The notes under the pieces are model-generated. The model worked only from the letters and a program-made list of their open reading frames with translations. It did not search any database and was not told where the DNA came from. The position numbers were made by a program, and so were the translations under genes. Below are positions 27,764 to 37,886 of a stretch of 58,382 nt of DNA, piece by piece (the first letter of the stretch is position 1; the number at the start of each line of letters is the position of its first letter). Source of the stretch: Bacteroidales bacterium (GTDB lineage: Bacteria; Bacteroidota; Bacteroidia; Bacteroidales; UBA932); NCBI GenBank assembly GCA_016290725.1, contig JAEEUZ010000001.1:1-58382 (forward strand), given 5' to 3'.

Positions 27764-28861
27764 CTAAAATACATTGTTGTCTTCATAAATATGGGTTTCC
27801 CAATCCGATACGCTGGCGGAGAAGGAGATTGACTGATAGATATCTCCGGTGTCCAGCCCAAGATGGAAAGTGTACTGCTTTCCATACTCGAACACGTTTC
27901 CGGGTATTACGTTGTACAGCATGAAGCGGGCAACCTGACCGGTAAGGGCGCTGTATGTGAAACCGCCGATGGTGAATGCCTCCACATCGTACTCCACGAG
28001 AACGCACTGTTTTCCCGGCCGGATTTCGTCCGGAACCGAATAGTAGCGGCTGCTCTCCGACATCCTGGGTACCAGGCGGTCCCTTCCGACGAAATTCTCT
28101 TCCATCTCCAGCTTCGCATCCCCTTCGAATACCACCACGTCCCTGAAATACCCCTGACGCCTCCAGAGGCCAAGATTAGCACCCATATTGTTAAGGAATA
28201 CGCCAGCAGACGCTACATTGGTAGCGGTAACCTTGCGAATATGGATAAGGCCTTGCAGCTGAGGATCCGACGTCACATCCTGCAGCGTAAAGCCGATGTC
28301 GTTGGTAATGTGCTGGAATTCGAAGGGAATGAGATTGATCCGGTCGATTGCCTGCTCTACAGTTTTTGATACAAGCGGACCTGCGTCCACATCGTTGATT
28401 GCAAATGGAATTGAATATGCGGAATTGTCGTCCTCGTACTTCACGCCTTCCACATAGGGATAATAAGCGCTCATTGCGATTTTGTCCCTTCCTTTCCACA
28501 TATCCGGATTGAACCAACCAGTATAAGTATCCCCGGTGCTTTGCGCGCGCTCATTGTCGATGAGCACTTCATGGGTATAGAAATCCATGCCCACGACGCC
28601 GATAGGCCTATCCGTATCCATGGTGGCATAATTGTCTCCCACGTCTACTCCACCCTTAGTGGCGATTTTGCTGCGGGGAATAACCTCGCCGTCCCTGGTG
28701 ACGGTGATTTCGAACTCCACCTTTTCTTTCTTCTCGTTGGAGCCGGGGAGCGCCGGACCGCCGGAATTGTTCAGCCCGATCTCGTCCACCTTCAGACAGG
28801 AGGACAGGCAGATGATCGCGGCCGAAGCGGCCAGGAGGGCGGGGTTCAGGTGCTTATACAT
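27764..28861 (-). CDS. Fimbrillin (type V pilin)-like lipoprotein
   Basis: LSSC lipobox, ATKG, AYYPY, FQH, GKQYTFHL, SVSDW. Confidence 0.8.
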   Translation of the reverse strand: MYKHLNPALLAASAAIICLSSCLKVDEIGLNNSGGPALPGSNEKKEKVEFEITVTRDGEVIPRSKIATKGGVDVGDNYATMDTDRPIGVVGMDFYTHEVLIDNERAQSTGDTYTGWFNPDMWKGRDKIAMSAYYPYVEGVKYEDDNSAYSIPFAINDVDAGPLVSKTVEQAIDRINLIPFEFQHITNDIGFTLQDVTSDPQLQGLIHIRKVTATNVASAGVFLNNMGANLGLWRRQGYFRDVVVFEGDAKLEMEENFVGRDRLVPRMSESSRYYSVPDEIRPGKQCVLVEYDVEAFTIGGFTYSALTGQVARFMLYNVIPGNVFEYGKQYTFHLGLDTGDIYQSISFSASVSDWETHIYEDNNVF

Positions 28862-28986
28862 AGTATAGTTTTGTTTTCAAGTGCAAAGATATGTAAAAAT
28901 TATTTTACAAACAAGAAATAATTGCAAATTCTTGACAATTTTGCCAAAAATTTGCAAAAAAGCATAAAAACCGTAAATGACGGGCT

Positions 28987-30342
28987 TCAGTCGGTTTTAT
29001 GATTCTTGTCGGTTAGGCTTTCAATCCACATCCGCGGAGGTATTCCTTTAACCTTTTTGAATATGTTATTGAATGATGAAGCGCTCAGAAATCCGCAAGC
29101 TTCGGCAATTTCAGCCTGTTTTGCACCTCTATGACTAAGAATGTATTGTTCTGCGTAATCTATCCTAAGAGCGTTCAAGAGTTCCGGGAACCCGATGTTA
29201 TAGGTGTTGTTCACCAGCTTTGACACATAAGTCTTGTTGGTATGCAGTTGCTCCGCCACTTCGGTTATAGACAGGCTTGGCTTGAGGAATAATTTGTCTT
29301 TAACCACAAGTTTCTGAAAGCGGGCAAGAAGATTTTCATCATCCCAGGTGCCAGCCATTGTTGCAAACAACCGCCCGGCAGTTGCCGATTCGCCCGTATC
29401 CGCTGCACTGTCCGTTGCTTTCTTGGGGTTCCGCTCATCGAGTTTCCTATGTAAACGTTCAAGGCTATTCTCGTCTGCATGGTCCAGAATCTCGTTCATT
29501 GAATACTCAAGGATGGCAGACTTGTTCTGTTTATTGTGGTTGTAGAACACAATAAAGCGCATGTTGTTTAATGAGATTTTGTCGATTGCGCCAAACAGAG
29601 AAGTAAAGGAGATGTTGAGAATGCATAAAGTGATTATAATCGCCAGGGTTATGTTCAGCCAAAGATGATCTCTCGGAGCACCGTTTTGCAGTATGACTTT
29701 TACGAAGACGATTATAATGGGAAGGATGAAATTGAAAAGTTGAAGCTCCAGCGGGGAACATTTTGCGCCTTTGCTTGCAAACCGGAGAAGGTCGCCTGGG
29801 GACAATTTTTCTTTAATCAGATACCAAACCAGATATCCGACAGCCCCGAACGCCTCAATTGTCACAATAACCCTGAAAACGACGGATGTGAAGACGTAGT
29901 ATAAATATTCCGCTTCGCCTTTATACTTTGAGACAACCCCTGTACCATTATTATTCAGCTCGTCCAGGAAAGAGGCTATAGCTTTTGATCCAGACAAGCC
30001 ATGCAGAATGGCACCGGTAGCCAGAAGGTACACCGGTATGGCAAGCCACAGGTATTGCCATGAGGCAAAGCGGGAATCGCTCTTTAGCTTACGCAGGTAC
30101 ATCCACGCCAGCGGAATAAGGCAGGAGGCGGCGACGATTTTTACAATATTTGCAACACCAAGCGCGTGAGGGTTAATCGCCGGGGCGGCATAGAGAGAAT
30201 CTGCCAGACAGAAAACACCGGTTGCCAGAAGAAGAATCTGAAATATGACGAATGTGCTTGTCCTGCGTGAGAATAAAAAACTCTGCACTGAACAGAACAG
30301 ACATGCAAAAGACGGCAAAATCAATATGAGGAAAGCCAACAT
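28987..30342 (-). CDS. Multi-TM membrane-anchored AraC-family regulator (paralog of 26399-27757)
   Basis: Shared TNKTYVSKLVNNTYN.GFPELLN.LRIDYAEQYI; TATCTTTG promoter box at 30380-30387 (minus); start codon uncertain. Confidence 0.88.
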   Translation of the reverse strand: MLAFLILILPSFACLFCSVQSFLFSRRTSTFVIFQILLLATGVFCLADSLYAAPAINPHALGVANIVKIVAASCLIPLAWMYLRKLKSDSRFASWQYLWLAIPVYLLATGAILHGLSGSKAIASFLDELNNNGTGVVSKYKGEAEYLYYVFTSVVFRVIVTIEAFGAVGYLVWYLIKEKLSPGDLLRFASKGAKCSPLELQLFNFILPIIIVFVKVILQNGAPRDHLWLNITLAIIITLCILNISFTSLFGAIDKISLNNMRFIVFYNHNKQNKSAILEYSMNEILDHADENSLERLHRKLDERNPKKATDSAADTGESATAGRLFATMAGTWDDENLLARFQKLVVKDKLFLKPSLSITEVAEQLHTNKTYVSKLVNNTYNIGFPELLNALRIDYAEQYILSHRGAKQAEIAEACGFLSASSFNNIFKKVKGIPPRMWIESLTDKNHKTD

Positions 30343-30687
30343 TGCAATCAATCCTTGCGCCAAATATAAATGCTACAGACAAAGATAAATAAAGTTAAAG
30401 TGAGTTCCAAAAGTAATTATAAATTCAAAAAATGTTTTTGAAATAGAAAAATTTTCAAGCGCGTAGTACGCGCGCACGCGCAATATATATAGGTATATGG
30501 GCGTCATGCATCAAGGGGCGTTCATGCTATACTCAAAAGTCGTAGGATAGGCTTTGTCCAGAGAGTAATCAACGAACTGTTAAATCCAGAAGGGTCATCA
30601 AAAACAGGTTCTATTCTCTATTTAACCATCAGGGGCAGGTTATGCTTTGGAATAGTTAAATGCCTCGCGTACGGTCGCCAATTGTCG

Positions 30688-30717
30688 ACATGTATCAATT
30701 TTGAAATTGATACATGT
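30688..30717. promoter_or_regulatory. 14-bp perfect inverted repeat, candidate regulator site
   Basis: acatgtatcaattt-tg-aaattgatacatgt; half-site variants GTATCAAAATT at 31078-31088 and 31370-31380. Confidence 0.45.
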
Positions 30718-31449
30718 TCCCGTTAGAATGCCGTACACGTAGTATTCTGCATCCCCGATAAGATAAAGAACCCCTTATGACCCTATATTGCAAAGGCGTC
30801 CAGAAATAGACAAACGCGCCGTCTTTTTGTTATACTCTTTGTTCAGGGAGCCATCTAAACGTTATCTCCTCCTTTTTTAATAAACCATAATCCCGATAGA
30901 TCGCACATTATTGGATATGGCGGTATACTTGATCTTATCGCCTTTCTCGTAACTTTCCGCCATGGACATCTTTTATTAATGACGTTTTAAACACTTCCGG
31001 AAACGGTTGATCTCACATTCTTGTATCCTCTTTTAATTTTAACGAAATAGCCATTCTACGCACGCCGATTTGTTTATGTATCAAAATTAAAAGCCTAATT
31101 ATGCACCTTCGGATGTCTGCCAGACGCTTTGTTTTTGGGTTAATTATACCGATCAAAATTCACCTTCTTTTCCAGAATATTATATTAATGTTCCCCGTCA
31201 GTAATCCGGTATCCGACTAATGGGTCTTGGTTCCTTTTGAGCCTTTATTACCGTTAACCATTAGAGTGCTTCCTGCAGAATCTTTTCCACTTAATTTGTA
31301 TTAGTTTTCCCTTTTCGGCGCCCATCATACCCAAATTCTGCTATTTCTAATTGATAAAATTTTGTTAAAGTATCAAAATTGTAAATTTGTAAATTCGCTC
31401 TTTTGATATTGTTGCACAAGTAGATGCTTTTTTTTAACTTAGTGCTGCA

Positions 31450-32673
31450 ATGAAAAATCGGCTTTACATATTGTTCTCTATTTTGCCTATAATTTTTATG
31501 TTATTATCGGCAAGTAACAATTTTGTTTCAGCCCAGAATTTCAGTCATTTTCTTCATTTTCGCATTTCAGATTCTCATCTTGATGAGAACTGGATGGATA
31601 ATCTTAAACAGATTAAAGCTATCCAGGAGTTATTTGATCATAATACCCCTTCTAAAATAGAAGTTTTTTCAGCCGCATCTCCTGATGGTCCTTATTCTTT
31701 GAATAAGAAGCTGTCAGTTGAGAGGTCGCATTCTACTGTAAACCTTATTAAAAGGATATGCCCCTCACTCCCGGATTCAATTTTTGTCGTCAATTCCTTA
31801 TCCGAAGATATTGATGGCGCTATTAAATTAATCCTCGAAAGTGGCCAACCATGGGCCCAGGAGGCCGTTTCTTTACTTCGTAAAGGCGGGAGCGATCCGG
31901 AAGAAGCGCTACGTCATTTTAAAGATGGTATTGTATGGCGTTATCTTGCCGATAATATTTATCCCATGCTTCGCCGTTCAGAGATTTCTATTATATATGA
32001 TAATAATGATCTTTCTGGTGGCGTGACCCCTGTTGTCTCCACATCGGAAGGTTCTAATAATCAGGCAAATAACTCCGTTGTTAATCCGCTTTCAACCACA
32101 TCCGCCAATTCGTCTGGTAAGGTTCCAGGGTGGGCCTATGCAGTAATGGCGTTATTTGCTTCAGCAGCTGTTGTTTTCGGTGCCCTCTACGCGCGCGAGC
32201 GCAAGCGCACACGCGACCTTATTAATAATAATATAGATAATCGGCCCGAAGAGCCTATTCAGCCACCTGTTGCGCCCGTAGAAGATTTAGAGATTCCCGA
32301 GTCCCCAGAGGAGCCGGTTATTTTCCCTTCAGAGGCGGCTGATTCAGCTGAAGATCTGTCGTTCCTGGGGCAGGTAAAGGCCAAAATCCAGGAAAATATC
32401 GCAGATTCAGGCTTTGGCGTTGAAGAATTGGCCACTGCGATGGGCATGAGCCGCATTCATCTCAATCGCAGGCTGAAATCAGAGGCAGACGCATCTCCTT
32501 CTGTGCTTCTTAAAGATGCCAGAATGGCGCTTGCGGCCCAACTTCTTAAGGAAGGCACTAAGAGTATTGCTGAAATATCTACCATGTGCGGCTTCTCAAC
32601 GCCCTCTTATTTCGCAACGGCATTCAAGGATTATTATAATATCTCCCCGTCTGAGTTTATTTCGCATAGTTAA
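31450..32673 (+). CDS. AraC regulator with N-terminal exported OmpA-like domain and one TM helix
   Basis: Signal-like N-terminus; SAASPDGPYSLNKKLSVERS; TM WAYAVMALFASAAVVFGALY; HTH_18 ...CGFSTPSYFATAFK. Confidence 0.8.
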   Translation: MKNRLYILFSILPIIFMLLSASNNFVSAQNFSHFLHFRISDSHLDENWMDNLKQIKAIQELFDHNTPSKIEVFSAASPDGPYSLNKKLSVERSHSTVNLIKRICPSLPDSIFVVNSLSEDIDGAIKLILESGQPWAQEAVSLLRKGGSDPEEALRHFKDGIVWRYLADNIYPMLRRSEISIIYDNNDLSGGVTPVVSTSEGSNNQANNSVVNPLSTTSANSSGKVPGWAYAVMALFASAAVVFGALYARERKRTRDLINNNIDNRPEEPIQPPVAPVEDLEIPESPEEPVIFPSEAADSAEDLSFLGQVKAKIQENIADSGFGVEELATAMGMSRIHLNRRLKSEADASPSVLLKDARMALAAQLLKEGTKSIAEISTMCGFSTPSYFATAFKDYYNISPSEFISHS

Positions 32674-32893
32674 AGGGCGATTTAGCGAAACATAACTGCA
32701 AAAACAATCGGCCAGGAAATGCGCAATCGGATGATAAATCCGTTGCGCATACTTGTTTTTCTGCAGAAATACGCAAACACTAGGGGCGAAACGCCGAATT
32801 ACCCACCAAAACGAAACATGCCGAAACGGTTTAAAACATCAAGAATCGACAAAAAATTCCAAAAATCAAAAACTTTTGTGAATTCATAAATGC

Positions 32894-32906
32894 GGGGGGG
32901 GGGGGG
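32894..32906. repeat. Poly-G tract (G13)
   Basis: Direct count; AT-rich context about 190 bp upstream of the pilus operon promoter. Confidence 0.9.
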
Positions 32907-33090
32907 CAATAATGGAACGCATTTTGCACCTCCTGTTGTTGATAATGTTGTTAATATCCGCCAAGGAATCAAAACCTCAAGTCGTGAAGAATCCACCACA
33001 GCGGTCTGGGTGCCATTTTTGCCCCGGTTTTTAATTTTTTTTAGGAACGACGTCAAGAATAAAAAAATTTGTAAAAATGTGAAAAAAAAT

Positions 33091-33121
33091 TTTGTATTCT
33101 AAAAATCTTGCCATATCTTTG
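33091..33121 (+). promoter_or_regulatory. Pilus operon promoter (-33 TTTG / -7 TATCTTTG)
   Basis: Consensus boxes with 19-nt spacing; implies the CDS starts at 33198 or 33222, not 33108. Confidence 0.7.
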
Positions 33122-33197
33122 CACCCAATTGGTTGTCAAAGTAACTCGAATGCTGGCGTGGAGCTTTGCAATCAAGGACGCTAATAACAGTGAATTA

Positions 33198-35363
33198 ATG
33201 TACACGAAAAGCTTAAAATCAATGCTTTATGGGATTACTCTGCGAGTAGTCCTGGCTTTCGTGTTATCACTCGCGGCGTCAATTTTTTCTTACGCGCAGG
33301 ACCGCACCGTACGTGTTTATTACCCGTACGACGACGCAACTTTGATGCGTGACTACATGGACAACGCCAATGCTTTTGCAGAAATCGCCGAAATTATAGC
33401 AAGCAACAGCGAAGTTGTCCCTTGCTTTGAAATCATTTCTTATTCCTCACCTGAAGGTGATTGGAATTATAACCTCCAGCTCTCTCGCAGAAGGGCAAAA
33501 TCCCTGAAGCGTTATCTCGAAAGAAAATATCCCGAGCTTGTCGGCAATATTACGATTAATCCCAATGCCGAAGCCTGGGAAGAACTACATAACCTCGTTT
33601 CTCGCGACAGGCGTCTTTCTGAAAGCTCCCGTGCTGAAATTCTTCGGATTGTCGACAGCGACAAAGCACCGGACGCCAAGGAAAGGGAACTCCGGGACAT
33701 GGAAGGCTACAAGAAATTCTACAGACATTTCTTCCGCAGCCTCCGTTATGCCCAGATCTCTGTCGTGGGAGAAACACCAAAGGTGGCAGCCAGCGGAACC
33801 GACGGAGTGGAATGTGCCGACGCGATAGTCGCCACAGATTCTACCTCAACTGTTATTAGCGACGTCTCCGAAAAACTCGAGGAATCCGTGTACAATACCG
33901 AAACTGCAGAACACGCCAGCAACGATACTACTGCCGTTTCCGGTTCCGCTGCCACTGCTTCCGATTCAACCTCGGTTGCATCTTCTGGCTCAGCTTCACA
34001 TTCCGGCTCCACTTCTTCTACTTCAAGTTCTACTTCAAGTAGCGCTTCCGCCGTTTCTTCTTCTAATAACGCGGGAGAACCCACGGTTGCAAGCGTCGCC
34101 GGCGTCCCTGTCGTATATTTCCGCTACAACGAAGACTTTATCCGCCCGGATTTCAAGCACAACGCCGAAAATCTTCAGGAAATCGTCCGCATGATCCAGG
34201 CTGGTGAGATCACCGACTTCACAATTGCCGGTTTCTCCTCACCTGAAGGTCCCGTAAGAACAAACGTGAGCCTGAGCCTCCGCCGCGCTAAGGCTTTGAA
34301 GAGATATCTGGTGAATCTGTTCCCCGAACTGGAAAACAAGATCACCATTGTAAATGGCGGTGAAAACTGGAGCGGTCTCCGCGAGCAGGTTGAAAACGGC
34401 ACCGCCCTCACTGATAGCGAGAAGGCAGAGATCCTGAATATCATCAACAGCGACGCCAATCCTGAAACCAAGGAGGCGCGCCTCCGCGGGACAACGTCCT
34501 ATCGCAGGATCATGCACAAGTACCTCCCGAACATCCGTTGCGCATCCTTCGTGACCGACATTGCGGGGCGTACTGGACAAACTGTAGCAGAGCCTCAGGG
34601 CGACAATGTCCCTGACGACCCCGCCACCCACCAGCTTGACACTGTCAGCACCCAGATCGACACCACGGGCGCCATCGGCAGCCAGGTGGTCACTCCGGTG
34701 GACACCACCGTCACCCCGGTCGACACCACCGGTGCCATCGGCAGCCAGGTGGTCACTCCGGTGGACACCACCGCCGTTCAGACAGATACCCTGGAGCACA
34801 ATACAACACCGGAGCCCCAGCGTTATCCCCTCTTTGCCGTTTCCACCAATTTGCTTTACGACGCCGTGGCCGCACCCAACTTCGCAATCGAAGTTCCCAT
34901 CGGCCAGAAGTGGAGCGTTTACGGGGAATACACCTTCCCCTGGTGGCTGCCTGCAAGCAACGAGTGGTGCTATGAAATGCTCAAGTGGGATATCGGCGCA
35001 CGCTATCGCCTTGGCAACAACTTCGACAAGAATGATCCGATGGATATCCTCAGCGGTCATTTTGTGGGAGTGGACCTCAGTGCCGGCTACTATGACTTCG
35101 AGCCTCTGCACAAGGGTTATCAGGGTGAGTTCCAGATGGCAAGCCTGGAATACGGCTATGCCTGGAAACTTGGCGACAACTGGAGGCTGGACGCCGTGAT
35201 CGGCGCCGGCTGGCTTGGTACGCACTATAGATATTATGAGGCGGATCCCACAGACCAGCACCTGATCTATAAGTACTCCGGTAAACTCAACTGGATGGGT
35301 CCCACCAAGCTGGGCGTATCCATCAAGTATATTTTCACAACAAACAGGAGGGGAGAGAGATGA
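33198..35363 (+). CDS. DUF3575 outer-membrane protein with two OmpA-like domains and Ser/Thr-rich linkers
   Basis: Two SSPEG..N..LS.RRA..L..YL domains; C-terminal FAVSTNLLYD...PNFAIE...GPTKLGVSI. Confidence 0.85.
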   Translation: MYTKSLKSMLYGITLRVVLAFVLSLAASIFSYAQDRTVRVYYPYDDATLMRDYMDNANAFAEIAEIIASNSEVVPCFEIISYSSPEGDWNYNLQLSRRRAKSLKRYLERKYPELVGNITINPNAEAWEELHNLVSRDRRLSESSRAEILRIVDSDKAPDAKERELRDMEGYKKFYRHFFRSLRYAQISVVGETPKVAASGTDGVECADAIVATDSTSTVISDVSEKLEESVYNTETAEHASNDTTAVSGSAATASDSTSVASSGSASHSGSTSSTSSSTSSSASAVSSSNNAGEPTVASVAGVPVVYFRYNEDFIRPDFKHNAENLQEIVRMIQAGEITDFTIAGFSSPEGPVRTNVSLSLRRAKALKRYLVNLFPELENKITIVNGGENWSGLREQVENGTALTDSEKAEILNIINSDANPETKEARLRGTTSYRRIMHKYLPNIRCASFVTDIAGRTGQTVAEPQGDNVPDDPATHQLDTVSTQIDTTGAIGSQVVTPVDTTVTPVDTTGAIGSQVVTPVDTTAVQTDTLEHNTTPEPQRYPLFAVSTNLLYDAVAAPNFAIEVPIGQKWSVYGEYTFPWWLPASNEWCYEMLKWDIGARYRLGNNFDKNDPMDILSGHFVGVDLSAGYYDFEPLHKGYQGEFQMASLEYGYAWKLGDNWRLDAVIGAGWLGTHYRYYEADPTDQHLIYKYSGKLNWMGPTKLGVSIKYIFTTNRRGER
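34659..34773 (+). repeat. 63-bp period intragenic repeat encoding DTTGAIGSQVVTPVDTT x2
   Basis: Seen in both DNA and protein. Confidence 0.85.
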
Positions 35364-36493
35364 GAAAGCGCAGACTGACCATATTCCTGCTTGTTGCAAT
35401 TCTGGCCACCCTGCTGATGGGCGGATGCCAGAGGCGTCCACTTGAACTTGTCTATCGCTCCTCCGTAAGGGTGATCGTCAAGTGCATCTGGAACATTTCC
35501 GTATATCCCGACGGCGTTAAGCCCTCCGGTATTACGCTCTACTTCTTCAGGGACGGCGAATTCTACACATCGATGACAACCGCAAACGTGGATTCCTGCG
35601 AAGTGCAGCTTCCTCAGGGTCAGTATCAGATGTATATGATCAGCCAGAGCCCGGAAGAGTTCTGGAAGATGGAATTCGAGAACATGACCGACTTCGATAA
35701 CGCCGCCACCACCCTGCGCACTTCAACAACGCCCAACTGGGTGTCCCGCGGCACAACAACCCCTTCACCTTCGGTTGTGGAGAATCCTGAGATCCTGTAT
35801 GCCGGCGTTTCCAACTTCTTCGAGATAACCGAGGAAATGACCGAGGAGTATCAGACCAATTACAGGAAGCTGAAGAATCTGAGGGCATCCGCCGCTGGCG
35901 CAAGGACAAAGGCAGAGGAGGATGAAATCTCTTACTACGAGGAGTTGGTTGAATACTATACTATAAGAATTCCTATATATCCTCAGAATGTGGTTTCCCA
36001 GTTCTGGGTATCAATATATGCGAAGAACGCAGATGTTCTCAAGTCCGTGAGGGCATCCACCAGCGGCATGGCCAAGACTTTCGAACTGACGCAGTTCACC
36101 ACCAACAATGAAACCGCGATTCAGATTATCGACGAATGGAAGCTTTCAATGGACGATGTCGATAACCGCATCGGCCATATCGACGGCCTCATCACCACAT
36201 TCGGTCTGCCGAACGGCGAGGTTCCCACTGTGCTGCGAGACTCCACGCTTAATGTAAGTACCCTTCTTATTGATAATACCACGGTGATGGACTATACCTT
36301 CGATGTGGGAGACAAGATTCAGGTGTTGCAGCCCAACAAGGGCTATAGGGCACTCTACCGGCTTATCTTCGGAGACAAGGATAATCCTATCATTGAGTTG
36401 CCGCCGGTCGGCCCCGCCCAGGGCAAGGAGAGTGGCATGGACGCCACGGTGAGCGACTGGGAAGAAGGCGAAACAGTAGAAATACCAATGTAA
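35360..36493 (+). CDS. DUF5119 / FimB-Mfa2-like anchor lipoprotein
   Basis: MGGC.RRPL lipobox, ITTFG, C-terminal GMDATVSDW; position directly after DUF3575. Confidence 0.75.
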   Translation: MRKRRLTIFLLVAILATLLMGGCQRRPLELVYRSSVRVIVKCIWNISVYPDGVKPSGITLYFFRDGEFYTSMTTANVDSCEVQLPQGQYQMYMISQSPEEFWKMEFENMTDFDNAATTLRTSTTPNWVSRGTTTPSPSVVENPEILYAGVSNFFEITEEMTEEYQTNYRKLKNLRASAAGARTKAEEDEISYYEELVEYYTIRIPIYPQNVVSQFWVSIYAKNADVLKSVRASTSGMAKTFELTQFTTNNETAIQIIDEWKLSMDDVDNRIGHIDGLITTFGLPNGEVPTVLRDSTLNVSTLLIDNTTVMDYTFDVGDKIQVLQPNKGYRALYRLIFGDKDNPIIELPPVGPAQGKESGMDATVSDWEEGETVEIPM

Positions 36494-36543
36494 CGAATTT
36501 GAAATTGAAACAAAAATAAACAAACAAATTAACTAAAAGCATT

Positions 36544-37788
36544 ATGAAAAAGATTTTCACCCTCGCTGCCGTTGCAGCCCTCGTTCTTGCCTCTTGCGCC
36601 AAGATCGAAACCATCGATCGGAATGTCGATGAGCCCATCGCATTTGCCGGTTACGCAGGAAACGCTCTCACCAAGGCCGGTGCCTACGGTGAGGAGACCA
36701 CAACCTCTCTCCAGACCAATGGTTTTGGTGTGTTCGCATACCAGACCACCGGTGACTACTCTGCAAGTGCTACTCCCAACTTCATGTACAACACGAAGGT
36801 GAGCACCTCTTCCTGGACCTACAGCCCCATCAAGTACTGGCCCAACCAGATCCAGTCCGGCAATACCGACAGCCAGCCCGCTACCGCTTTCCAGGCAGAC
36901 AAGGTTTCCTTCTTTGCTTATGCTCCCCATGTAGCAGCCACCGCTTCCACCGGTGCAGTTACAGGCGGCACTGACGAAGGCATTACCGCCCTCACCACCA
37001 ACGCAACTGCAGGCGACCCTAAGGTTACCTATAAGGTTTCCGCAGACCTTGACAAGCAGGTAGACCTCCTCTGGGCAGTTTCCAAGGGTGCAGCCTGGAC
37101 CAACGTTGCCGGTACCACCAACACTCCTACCAGCGGCAAGCCCTATCTGAATCTCCAGAAGCCCGCTATCGGCACCGCTATCCACTTCTACTTCAAGCAC
37201 GCCCTTGCACAGATTACCCTCAAGGCTGTCGCAGCTTACAACCAGGCCGCAGCCGGCGGTACCGCCCAGGATGGTGTCAAGATCACCATCAAGCAGGTTG
37301 AACTCAGCGTTCCCGGCATGACCCAGACCGCAGTCCTCAACCTCAACAACACCACTGCCGACACTCCCCTCTGGGAGAGCGCTTCCGGTTCTTCAGACCT
37401 TGCTCTTACCGTGAGCGGTTCCAACATCAACTCCGCCCTTCTTGACGGTGGTGACGTTGCTCCCGCAAGCCAGCCTGCAGGTGTTACCGCATCTGAGCAG
37501 AACGTGATTGTTGACGGCAAGTACTACACCGTCATCCCCAAGGCCACTTCCACCACAGTGAATGTTAAGGTTACCTATTACGTTTCCACTCCCGACTCCG
37601 ACCTTCTTAAGGGTTACAGCCGTGTAGAGAACGTTATCAGCAAGGACGTTGTCTTCTCCAGCGGTTTCGCAGCCGGCACCAAGAACACCATCAAGATGAT
37701 CCTTGGTATCTCCGAGGTTAAGTTCGAAGCTGAAGTTGAGGATTGGGCCGACGGCACCAGCGCCAATGTCAATCTCCCTCTCAACTAA
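36544..37788 (+). CDS. Fimbrillin-family type V pilin 1
   Basis: LASC, LTKA, FGVFAY, FMYN, YSPIKYWP, FAYAP, FKHAL, VEDW. Confidence 0.9.
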   Translation: MKKIFTLAAVAALVLASCAKIETIDRNVDEPIAFAGYAGNALTKAGAYGEETTTSLQTNGFGVFAYQTTGDYSASATPNFMYNTKVSTSSWTYSPIKYWPNQIQSGNTDSQPATAFQADKVSFFAYAPHVAATASTGAVTGGTDEGITALTTNATAGDPKVTYKVSADLDKQVDLLWAVSKGAAWTNVAGTTNTPTSGKPYLNLQKPAIGTAIHFYFKHALAQITLKAVAAYNQAAAGGTAQDGVKITIKQVELSVPGMTQTAVLNLNNTTADTPLWESASGSSDLALTVSGSNINSALLDGGDVAPASQPAGVTASEQNVIVDGKYYTVIPKATSTTVNVKVTYYVSTPDSDLLKGYSRVENVISKDVVFSSGFAAGTKNTIKMILGISEVKFEAEVEDWADGTSANVNLPLN

Positions 37789-37800
37789 TATGTATTATTA

Positions 37801-37834
37801 TCCGGGCGGGCCTGACCGCCGGCCCGGGTACCAA
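37801..37834 (+). repeat. Conserved intergenic GC hairpin, copy 1
   Basis: tccgggcgggcctgaccgccggcccgggtaccaa. Confidence 0.8.
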
Positions 37835-37886
37835 GTGATTAAAAATGAAAATGAAAAATATTAACAACAAACAAAACAAAAGCATT

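Noticed and set aside
30364-33197. Invertible promoter of the Bacteroides type
   Set aside because: No inverted repeat pair bracketing a promoter was found by eye and no recombinase is nearby
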